Made by a program: the position numbers and the translations under genes. The notes below the pieces were generated by a model. It was not told the DNA's origin, ran no database searches, and saw only the letters and a program-made list of their open reading frames with translations. Source: Lama guanicoe (lineage: Eukaryota). Taken from it: DNA of 64,000 nt. Positions within the stretch are counted from its first letter, which is position 1; each line of letters starts with the position of its first letter. The stretch is taken from the NCBI GenBank assembly GCA_013239625.1, contig MU057102.1, positions 1,947,432 to 2,011,431 of the forward strand, in the 5' to 3' direction. Positions 47,301 through 59,300 of the stretch are shown in pieces.

Positions 47301-50300
47301 GCCCTGAGGCCGTGCGGTGGAAACCCCCCGCAGGACAGGCGCTGGCGGGCCGGCCAGCAGGGAAGGAAAGGATCGAGGGCACGAGGTCATCAAGGACGCA
47401 CAGGGCGGGCACCTCCTTCCTCGGGGATGGCCCTGAAAGGCCGCTCCTGTCAGTGAAAAAGAGGTGCCCCTGAGACAAAGGAAGACTTACTTTACATGTC
47501 AGGGGTCAACTGCAACTTTTTAGCTATGGCATTCACAAGGCTGGGATTCTGGGACAGTTACAACTTCGCAAAATTTTTCCCTTGTTTTTTCTTTTTCTTT
47601 TTAAAATTTATTTTTTATTAAAAATTTTCTTCGTCCTCTTAACAGAGGCACTGGGGACTGATCCCAGGATCTCACACACACCAAGCGCATGCTCTACCAC
47701 TGAGCTATACCCCTACCCTCCCCATCCCTGACTTTACATCATTTTAATACTGAAGATAGTACGTTAGATGTAAAACTAAACAAATGTAGTATTTGTGTCT
47801 TTCACATGAATTTCAAATTTAAAAGGTCATTTGTCCCAGACTGGGCTCCAGACAACCTAGTCCTCAGGCTGGTTCCTGCTCCGTGCAGGTCCTCAGCCCC
47901 AGCTCACCTGCTCCTCCTGCAGGAGGGGTGCTGAAGGGGGAGGCTCCCAAAGCCCTTGCCATTGGTCTGCCTCCAGTGGGCGGGGCTAAAGGCTGCGGCG
48001 ACCCAAATTGAAGTACCATCTCCAGATTAACTGGTCTTCAATCTTCAAAAGTGGCATAAGTGTGAAAAGCAAGGGAAGAAGGAAGAGCTGTTCTACTGAA
48101 GGAGACCAAAGAACCATGACAAGTAAAAGCAAAATGTAACCCTGAGCTGGATCCGTTTACTGTGAAGACGAATAGAGTGTGGACAAGACAGTAATGCTGT
48201 GTGGGTGTTAATTCCCTCGTTTTGCTGGCTGCATTGCGGCTGCTGGGAAGCATATGCATTTGTAGGAAATACACTCCAAACTGTTCAGGGATGGTAAGGG
48301 TATCATATCAGCAACTCAATCTCAAATGGTATAGGAAAAGTTCTTTGTACTCCAGCTGCAATTTTTGAAAGGTTGATACAGTTTCAGACTGAAAAAAACT
48401 TTACATGTTGCAAAGATTAAAATTAAAATTAAAAAAGGCTGAGGTGCCCATTTGGCAGGACTGCCCTCTCCCCCTCAGCTTCCCCTGGGGATCTGTCAGG
48501 CCTGACTCTTCTGTGGAATAAGCAGATGATCAGGGCTCCACTGCACCAGCAAAGCCACCCATTCTCTGTCCTCTTCCTAAGACTGGATGGGGACGTTAAG
48601 ATGAGGGAGAAGTAAGCAGGCTCACCCTCTCATTCTTATTTTTCAACAGGTATCGGTTGAAGGTCTACTCCAGGGCAAGCTCTGTCCTAGGAGCCGGAGC
48701 CTCTAGCCCACCACTCTCTGGCACAGGTGTGGCAGGTGTGGCAGGTGTGGCAGGTGTGGTGGTTCATGGTGCAGGTTCCAGAGTCATAACGCCTGGCTGA
48801 ATCGGCCCCACTCGTCCTAGCTGGGCGAGGCCCTCACCCTTCTGTAATGCAGAAGTGATAGCCATGTACGAACGCCACAGGGATACTGCGAGAACGCCGC
48901 TCCTCAGCAAGTCACTGCGCCTTTCCATAGAGCCGTGGTAGCAACCATATACTGGCATCACAGGAACACTGTGATGAGCAGTACCAGGCGCATGGGACGC
49001 GTTCAATAATACTGGCTGCATAAATAAATCGTGCGTTCCAAATACAAGTTAATGAAATGGCACAGGCTGAAAGGTGTATAACTTCAAATTATATATGTCT
49101 TGCAGCTTTAATGCACAATTCATGAAATATTTTCTCCTTTAAAAATTTAAACACAAATCTAAAATCCCTATAGATCATTACCTAAAATCCTGGTCCTATC
49201 TCCTCTCCCCAGAGAAAACCCATCTTATTAATGTGGTGTTGATCCTAATTTTTAATTCTTTTACCAGGATGTTCCTATCAAAACAGTTGTTTAGGAAAGC
49301 TACTACTTTTTATCTTCCTGAACTTCATTAGTTGTAAAAGCCAGGCTCAGCCGAGTGACTGGTACGCTGTGGGGTTTCTAGCTAGATGATTTAAAATTTA
49401 TTTTCTTTTCTTGCCTTATAGTGTTGGCCAGAATCTCCAATATGATGTTAAATAGTTGCTAAGATACAGAACTTCTTTGTCTTGTTCCTCGCTCTAATGG
49501 GAACGTTTCTAATGCTTGACTATTAAGTATAACTTGAAAAAAAAAGTGGAACGGGTAGAAGCAGACTCACAGATACAGAGAACAAACTAATAGTCTCTAG
49601 GGAGAAGAGGGAAGGGGGAGGGGCAAGACAGGCTTAGAGGATTAAGAGGTACAAACTATTATGTATAAAATATGCTACAAAGATATACTGTACAACACAG
49701 GGAATATAGCCAATATTTTATAATAACTATAAGTGGAGTATAGCCTTTAAATATTGTGTATCAGTATACTGTACACCTGTAACCTATAAATTACTACTAC
49801 TGTACATGAACTATACTTCAACTAAAAAATGGAATAGGTACTTAATTTCATCAGAATCTCCCTTAGTCTCATTATGATAATCATATAGATGTACTCTCTT
49901 AATCTATTAATACGCCCAATCTGCTTATGTACCTATGACATTCCTTTACTATACTGTAAGCCTCATGAAGGCAGGGACTTTGTTTTGTTCACCAATGTAT
50001 TGCCATTGCACAGAACAGTTTTTAGAAGAAAGCAGAAGCTCAAAAAAATAATTGTTGAACAAATGAATGGTGACTTGAGGGGAAAATTCTCTAATGTTGA
50101 ACTATCCTTGCATTCCTTGAATAAATCTCACTTCATAAGGATGTGTTAAGAAAAAACAGTGCTAGATTCAATTTGCTAAAATTTTATTTTGGAAGTTTCC
50201 GTATTTGTTCATAAGTTAAACTGACCAATAATTTACTTTTGTGCTGTCCTTGTCCAGTTTGGGTGTCAAGGTTATGCTGATTTTGCAAAATGAGCTGTGT

Positions 50301-53300
50301 AGCTTCCCATCTTCTACGCCCATGTGACAGACCATGTTACGTTCAAAATACTTGTTGCCCGTCCCTGTGGGAGGGTTATCCATGCCCTCAACAGTGACAT
50401 CAGGCTTGACCCTGTGAAGTGCTTCAGCCAGTGAATGTGAAAGAGCATAACGTGTCACTGCGGGGGGAGAACTGCCTGGGTCTGCCATGTCTTCCCTCTG
50501 CCAAAGACCCACAGTGTCCCACAGAGGAACTGTCTGGCTCTTGGGGTGAAAACACGCAGAACAAAACAAAGCCAAATTGTGATACACATGTAATGTAAAT
50601 AAGAAAGAAATTCGGCTTTTTTAAAGCCATTAAGATTTTGGGATTATTTGTTATTGCAACATTATTTGTCTTAAGTTGACCGATATACTCACCTATACAT
50701 TGGTTTGGGCATGTTGCCTTTTGAGGTGTAAATCTTTGACTTCCATATCATTTTTGCTTATGTTATTTACCTAACCAAAGTTTCTTTTTCTTTTTAGGCC
50801 ACCTGTATTTTCCTAATCATTGTCTAATTGATCTTGTAATCAGATGTATTAGTATAAAGCTATTCATAAAATTTACTTATAACTTTACTTCTCTGTCATC
50901 TTTGGTATCATCGCCTTCTTTCTTCTTATTCTTGATGTTATCTTTATCTTTTCTCTCTTTTTCTTGACTATACTTGCTAAAGACTCATTTTTTGGTTTTA
51001 TTAATCAACTATATATTTTTGGTTTTGATTTCTATTTTGTTAATTTCTGCTTTATCCTTATTATTTAACATTAATTTGCATTTATTTTGTTGTTTTTCCC
51101 CACCTTCTTATGTTGAAAACTTATTTCCTATATTTTCCAACTTTTCTTTTTTATAATATATACATATAACACTACAGAGTTTTTCCACCTTGACCATATA
51201 CCACTGGAGTTAATATGTGGCATTGTAATTGTTAAACAGTTCTAAGTTGTATTATAATTTCCATTTTCATCTTCTCTTTGGCCAATGGATTATTCAGAAA
51301 TATAGTTTTAAATTTTCAAAAGTATGAATTACTTCTTATTATCTTTTTGTGACTGACTTCTATTTAATTACACTGCTGTTAGTAGATGTGATCTGTATGC
51401 TATAAATGTATTTTTAATTTGTAGCAAATGCACTTCTGAAATTCAAATTCGGTAACTACTCCATGCAGCTTTGGGGAAAACAGTGTATTCTCTGCCGATT
51501 GTAAAATTACATATATATGATAAGTATATCACATATATATATTAGATTTAAGTTGTCTGTTTTGTAATTCAAATACTCTATGATCTTATTCTTTTTTTTA
51601 ATCAGCTTAATGTCTTAGTTTCTGAAAAAAGTATATTATACTTTTCCCCTTAGAGTATCTGTCCACTTTTATTGTAGTTCATCTAACTTTACTTTATAAT
51701 TGGGAGGCTGTATTTTTGGTGCACACTGCCTTCTTTGTTCTTTTTTTTTTATTGTTTTTTTCACTTTGAATAATTTTATCTGATGTTAATATTGCCATAT
51801 GAGTTTTCTTTTTCTTAGCACCTACCTCAGAAAATAATTTCACTTAATTTTTTTTCAATCTCCCTCTCAATTTAGTTTTAAAATTGAGTTTTAAACAATC
51901 TGAATGAAGAGTTTTTCTCCTCGGATGCTCTTTCTCGCCCATTGATCCCATAGTCTTCTTCAGGACCTGTTCTGGGCTCTTTTCTCTACCTGCTCAGCCC
52001 TTCTAGGCAATCTGGTCCACCCCCGGTATCCAGCTATATTGGAAATGCAGTTAGAGCAGCAATGATAGCACTGACAATAACAGCGATATCATTTGTGTGA
52101 CTCTTTATCCTGTGCCAGGTTCTAAGTGCATCACACACGCTGGTTTAGCTAATTTTCACAGTAAGTCTTCAAGATGGGGCCTAGCACCTGTTTACAGACA
52201 GAGAATGCAGGCAGCCGGCTGGCAGCAGAGGTGGGACTCGCCTCCCGCCCCGCCTCCAGCTGCCTTCCAGTTCCCAGTCCTCTCGCAGGTCCCGGACGCA
52301 CCCCTGCTGCACGGTCCCTGATGACCGGTGTCCCGAGGCATCAGGCTCACTGATGGACAGACAGCCCCCAAGCTCACGCTCTGGCCCAGCTGCATCTCCG
52401 CATCCTCACTCACTCTCCCAGCTCCCCACACGACATCTCCAGGCCACAGGCCCCTTGTCACTGCCCTGTTTCTGCTTCTCCTCGCCCTGCTCCCTCCCAT
52501 CCCTGCCAACGCCAAGGTCGCCGTCCCGGTGAGGTGGGTCCGGGGTCCTCGCTGGCCTCACAGGCACGTGGCCTCTCCCTCCGGGTCCCCGCTACCGCGG
52601 CTGGTCCTCCTCAGCGTTTTCCTGGCCCCTCCCACCCTCAAGGTCACAGTGGGCTTAACCTCAGCTCACCCCCCAGGGCCCAGCTCCATGCCGACATGCG
52701 GCCTCCGGCCGGGCCAGGCCCTGCGGCCCGGCTCCTACCTCCACCACCACCATCCCTCCCAGAAGCGCATCCTGCCATAACCCGCCAACACCCAGAGTAG
52801 GCGCGGCCTGGCTGATGTGACAGGTCACCTGACTGCAAGCCCTTGCAAAATCTGGGACGTCACAAGCTTCCACCTCCCCTTCTTTGGACAATGGAGTCTA
52901 TGTGAAGGTGACACATTAGCCTGAAATAATCTCAATTAATGCTCATTTTAGACACTTACAAAGGTCAGTCATCTAAAAGAAATGGCTTTTTTTTTTAAAG
53001 GCAAACAAACCAAGCCAGATTTAGTGTTTATTCCTGGGGAAATGACCTCAGGATTTTCAGACAGCAGGACAGTAAGTGGCTGCATGATGACGACCACGGA
53101 GGCACAGCTACAAAACTAGTAAACCCCAACCGTCCTCCCGCCAGCGGCCGCGCGGGCCTCGCGCTGCCGTTGCCAGCGAAGGCGTCACACAGGGTTCCTG
53201 CAGTGCCGTCTCTCGACCAGCTCAGACAGACGTGAAGACGGCTCTGGAGCTGCCAGCGACCTGCACACTGGCTGCCAGATGTACAAGAAAACACAAAAGG

Positions 53301-56300
53301 CCTGGAATAACCAAAGCAACGCTGAGTCCACACTGCTGGATCTCTAAACGCACCACAAAGCAACAGTCACTGAGACACAAGGTGCTGATCCAATGACAGA
53401 GCCCAGTGGAACGAAGACAGACCTGCAAATAGATGATTACCCGATAAAGGTGCTGCTTCAGTTCAGTGAGGAAAGGATTGTCTTTTCAACAAATGAAGCT
53501 GGGTCAACTGGGTCTCGGGGGGGAAATGAATCCTGTCCCCTAACTCACATCATATTAAAAAACATCAGTTCCAGATGGTCAGAGGTCTCAGTGCGAAAGA
53601 TAAAACAATGACGGTTTTACCTGCATGATCCTGGGAAGGGCAACGCCTGCTCCAAGGGGACATAAAAAGCATCCTCAGAAAGAGCAAATGATACATTGGA
53701 TGAGATTAAGATTAAAAACTTTCGGTCATCAAAAGTCACTATGAAGAGAATGGCCAGGTAAGCTGCAGAGGCTCACCTGAACACACAAACCCAATGCAAG
53801 AATCATCTCCAGGATATATTTTGAAAATGTTCTACAAATCAATATGGAAAGTAGATGCTCTAATAGGAAAACAGGCAAGTCTTGTGAAGACACTTCTCAG
53901 AAGGGGACACTCAAGTGGCCAAATACACACAAAAGGTGTTCAACCCACCAGCCACCAGGGAACCGCACACTAAAACCAGAACCCAGGGCCACCCACCTCC
54001 CCAGCAGTGAACTGAGAAGAGACGGCAGGACATGCCAGGGACGTGGTGGCCAGAGCTCTCGGGCACTGCTGGCCAGTGTGTCCACTGGAGGACTGTTCCG
54101 AGGCCCCGGCCAGAGTCACTGCAGCTCAGTGTGCCCAGGAAACACCATGACCCAGCCTGCCCAACAGGACTGGGCGCAGGTGTCCACCACTGTGACTGCA
54201 AATATCACCAACAGTAGGGTGGACATGGGAGCAGTGGGGAAAGCAGGCATCACACTCCACACATGGCACGAGACTCACAAACCAGTGCCACGTGGCACCC
54301 AACGCGGACACTCGGTGTACATGGGGCGCGGATCGCTTCTGCAGAGTCCCCTTTGCAGACAAAACTCATGAGAGTGTCAGCGGTCAGGCTGGTGGTCAGC
54401 TCGGGCGGCAGGGCTAGTAGGGGCCGGTGACACGGGTGTGGGCCGTAGGAAAATTCCTGAGGCCACACACAGATGGCGTGAGCTTCCCACGTGTTGGTTG
54501 TTCTCCAAGAAAAAGTACTCATTACTTGAAGAACAGTTCTATCACGATGCATCTCAAGTGTTTGAATAAATTGCATCATGAAACGTGAGCAGAAGAAAGG
54601 AGCAGCCTTTCTAAATTAGCATGGTTTCGTGTCAAATGTAATTTGGGGTAATTAAGTATTTAATTACACGGTTGTTAGCTACATTTCTTTCTAGATCTGT
54701 TATCTCCATTTGATATATTCAAACTGGTCACCGTGGCATCTGGGGGCCTGTCACCAGGAAGCAGGGGGGCCTGTCACAAGTGAGGGCATCCTGTGCCATG
54801 TGTCCCAAGCTGCCCATCGGCTGGCAGGCGGGGCACCGTGCACACATGGACCTGTCCGAGGGTGGGTGGGTGACCGACCCTGAAGAGCATGGGCCTGAGA
54901 GTGGAGGGACCGAGTCTGGAGCAGACCTGGCACGGGGCACGGGCTCCACTGTCCTCACCTCCGTCTCCCGCCACCAGCAGGGCCACACAGGGAGCACGGC
55001 CAAGCCCAGCCTGGGCCGGCACCGGCCTCCCCGCATTCCAGCCACCTCCTCACAGTTAGCTCTGGAAGCTCACTCACCGCTGGTGTCAGTGACCTGGAGC
55101 TCGACTGATGTGAGCTCACTGGGGAAACAGTGAGTGGTGTCAGGACTGTCAGATGTGGCTGCTCTCACAACGTCCCGTGGAAGCTTTTCAGCACCTGGGA
55201 ATCCGGAGAAAGGGTCGCCCAGATTTGCTCTGGTGCAGGAACCCTCCTGGCTGCAGCTGCACAGTGACCAGCGTCCCGCGCCAACAGGAACCACACACAC
55301 AGCCGTCTTCTGGAGCAGACCGCGGTGGAGGCTCAAAGAGGGGCAGGTCCCCCCGCCTCCTGGCCAACCTCCAGGCTGCCCGCCTGCAGATTGGGCTGCA
55401 CCTGCTCGCGGGGCTACAGCGAGGCAGGAGTGAACGTGTGCACGGCCCTGGGAGCCCCTGCCCACAGCTGGGCGCCGTCGATACCACCAGCACCAGCACC
55501 GCAGCCTCCCTCACCGGAGGAAGCTCACCTATAACAGTCAGCCAGCGTGCAACGATGCCTCTGGGGTTTCCCTACGTGGTGCTGGACAAGCCAGACATCC
55601 CTCCCGAAGCGGCAAGCTCTCCCAGATCCCCTCCCATCAGGGGAGGGGCACTTCCTCCGGCCCTGGGGGGTCCCTATGCTGGTTTCTGGAGGGAACTGGG
55701 GACCGTGTGGGCGGGAGACAGGCTGAGTCATGACACACAAGGAAGTCAGTAGATGAGTTTCTGGGACACTCAGGGTGCCATCTCATTGTTCATTTCTCTA
55801 GTTCATTCTGATGCTGTGACTTTTCAACTGAACACTAACCTCTCCCAGAACAGTAGGGGCATGTGAAGGCAGTCGAAGCTCACTGGGCTCCAGAGCCGGT
55901 GTGCGTCATCACGGCTGCTTCCGTGCGCTCGGTGCCGAGCTGGGCAGTGGGCGTCCTGGGGCCAGGGCTGGGGGAGAGAGCCCGACTTCTCTGGGTTGCG
56001 ATGCAGCTTTTAGCTTACAGGTAATGGGAAATCACTGAAGTTCTTCGTGCAAGGGAGTGCTGTGATCTGAGTTTTGTTTTGAATTTTACAGACCATATCC
56101 TACAATTACAGTGAAAAAAACTATCACAAGAAATCTGTGTCTGGATAATGGTGTAACTGGGACAAGACTTCACCCCTGCCACGTATTACTAGAAAGCCAG
56201 GCAAAATAGATGAAGCAGCAGCTTTCAAAAATCGGACTCTGATTCCTGATGGAAAAGAAATCAACAAGGTGAGTCCCGGATCACCCAGCCGCCCGCCAGG

Positions 56301-59300
56301 AGGCACTTGACAAACCGCAGCACCCAGAAGGGGAACCCAAATCAGTTACAGCCTTCTACTGAGTTGAAAAGACAGAGATGAGCATTAGCCAAGGCGAGGG
56401 TAGCTGGAATTTGCAGGTGCCAGGGGAAAAGAGCCAGTGGAGAAAGAGCTGCAGGAATCTCAGGTTGTGCACACACAGGATGCAACCCAGGAGGCCTGGC
56501 CAAGAACAGCTGGGAGCTGCAGCTGGACAGTTCCCAGGACCCACACAGGGCCGGGAGACTCCTGATCCACCAGTTCTTGCTGACATCTGCCCTTCACACA
56601 CGTGGGGTCTCCCGAAGCCCCACAGGCTTAAGGAGTAGGACTAACCAAGCTTACCGTGAAAGCTGCTTTAGCCTTGCCCTGAAAAAAGCCTAAAAACCAG
56701 CTTCAGAAGGATCAAGCACCACAAGCAGCTTAGCTGTCAGTGAAAACAAACCCATACCCTTCAAAGGACGACAAAGTCCTGCACCCGGTCGAAAGCCACC
56801 AGCCACGCGAAGATGCAGAAGAGCGTGGCTCATGACTGGGAGAAGGACCGGCCAGCAGAACGGACCCAGGAGCGGCAGCAAGGACGGGTCGGCAGACGGC
56901 CCTGAAGACACCTCGAGCCGCTGGAAACATGCTCGCGACTTCAAATGAAAAGCATGAACACATGAGGACAGAAGTGAAGGCTATAAAAGATCCAAAGGGG
57001 CTGCTAGAGACATAAGTAAATCTCTGGAATGGACAGTTCTCAGGATGGAGCTCGCAGCATCACAGCACTGCAGAGGAGCAGAGCAGTGAACCTCAAGACA
57101 GAGCAACACGAACTATGCAGCTCGAAGTATGCGGAGGGAAAAGAGGCCGAAAAGAACAAGGCTCAGTGCCTCGCAGAGACCCTCCCGCAGTGGGAGGGGG
57201 TGAACAACGCCTGACCCCAACACACCCCAAGCAGCAGGCAGACGGTAAAACCAGCCCAAGACTCATCATCATTAAGTTGCTGAAAACCAGCGAGAAACAG
57301 AAAATCGTAAAAGCTTTCCTCTAAGGAACACCCAGGGACACGCTCCTTCCCTTTTTACAGTTTTCCCGAATCTGCACAGAAGCTGCCTAGACAGAGCCCC
57401 TGACAGAAGCCACTGAGCCCTCCCCAACCTCAGCGGTGACTTTGAGACTTTTCCCCTAAATTACTTGCCCAATTAGATTTCCAGTCCACTCTATATAATA
57501 CTTTCTCTCAGCAACTTCACACATATTCTCCTGGGAGTGAACCTAATAAAAATTTCAGACTGTTCTGAAAGTCCTTAGGTGAGAAGCTTCAAACATTTAA
57601 AACAACATTAACTATTTGACTAAACTCTTTACTGACATACAATACATACAAAAAAGGGGCACAAGGCGTAAGTAAACACTCATGCAAGCGGCTCCCAGAC
57701 CAGGAGGACCCACATGGGCTGGGCTGTGGTGGGAGCTGCCGCAGGGAGACGCCCCCGGGCGGTCACAGGGCTTACTGACCAGTCCTGGCACAGGACTAAG
57801 TTCCCTAAGAAAGGTTTTCCCTCCAAAAATCAAATTTTCACTCCCCTTGGAGTGGGAAGGATACACCTACTTCCAGGCAGGGCCACTGGGGTGGAGGGGA
57901 CAAGGAACAGACACAGGAGGGTCATGAAGGGGACCTCCACGGTGACCGCAATGCTCCAGGGAAAAGGGCTGAGGCAGAGATGCCCACATGTCAACAGACG
58001 CGACTTCTGAGGGGGAAAGTATGTGGTCACTCGTTTTATTTCTTTTGAACTTCTGTTTGCTTAAAAAAAATTCACAACTATAAAGACTTACTAATAAAAA
58101 CTCTCTCCAAATATCTTGTAGAACTGGAAAGAAATAAGTACATTGGGAGGAATCTTGGCAGAAATCAAGCCTCCATACTTTGAAAAACTAAAATCTAAGT
58201 CTGACTAGTGTTTACAAATACTTAGTACTTCGTACCCTATAAATACACTATGTTATTCTGGGTATAATTTTTAAGTTCAAAAGCAAACCATAAAGAATGT
58301 GATACATTAAACAGACTTAAAATACAGACTTCTGACTACAATAACCCCCTCACACAGCAAATTACAAATGAACATTCCATCTTACTTTTAGCAAACATCT
58401 CTGAAAATGTGCAAACAGGCTGCACGGTTTTTCTGACGAGGAGATTTTGTGCAAATCCCATGGCACTGCTCTGAAACCTCTCCATTTCTCTTTCTCGTTC
58501 ATAATTTTATGGAATGCGAATTCACTGGCCAAAAAACACTAAAGATAATAACATCTTATATTCAACAGACAGAGGCCATTTAACTCCCCAGTTAACAGGG
58601 GTGTGACTGTCACTGTCGGGCAGTCGCTCTGAGGGCCCAGGAAGCAGTCTGCCGTGGTGCCTGCTCTCCCCTGGTGGTCCCACCAGGCAAAGGGAAGATG
58701 CGACGAGGCCTAGACTAAAGATGAAGACACAGATGGAGGGAGAACGGCATGCCGGTGGGCTTCCCCCGTGGCCCGGTCCCCGCTACCGTGAGGTGAGCTG
58801 CTCTGGGGGCAGGATGCTGGCCATGCTGGAGCTGCCCAGAGGAGCCAGCAGTTTCCAGCGAATGACCAAAGGCAGCAGGCGGCTTTCTGTGTGTTGCATT
58901 TATTCCCTCATGCAGGATGGTGTTAAAGGAGAGACCCTGCAAACCCCAGACACCTGCAGTGATAAGAGTCACTTCTGGAAACCAAGTTGACCGTGAATGT
59001 AGAGCACAAGGGAAACAGAGCCAAGAGGCAGGCCCGGATGGGGAGCGGGGGTTGTACTTGGGCAGGAGGAGGGACCCCAAGCCTGGGGGTGGGGATCAGG
59101 GACCCCACCCTGGATCTGGCCCTGACCGTGCCCACCAGGGTTCACGCGGTGTCCAGCAGGGTTGCAGATGGGCAGGACCCAGAAAGACGCTCAGCCCTGG
59201 CCAGGTGAGTGCAAACTTCTGGGAGAAGGGCCCTCCTGGGCCCTGGAGAGGGAGCAGCCAGACCCAAGACCACTCACCCCCTAGCACCAAGAGGAGTAGG

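Larger units (their letters stand above)
49380..51900 (-). mobile_element. Degenerate old L1 ORF2 (T-rich on + strand) hosting nested insertions
   Basis: GAATCTCCAATATGATGTTAAATAG...CTTTGTCTTGTTCCT, TTCAATTTGCTAAAATTTTATT, CAAGGTTATGCTG; strongly AT-rich; boundaries approximate. Confidence 0.7.

Noticed and set aside
47645-47715. Possible tRNA-Ala gene
   Set aside because: Anticodon arm and B box are degenerate and an A-rich tail follows; it is a SINE.
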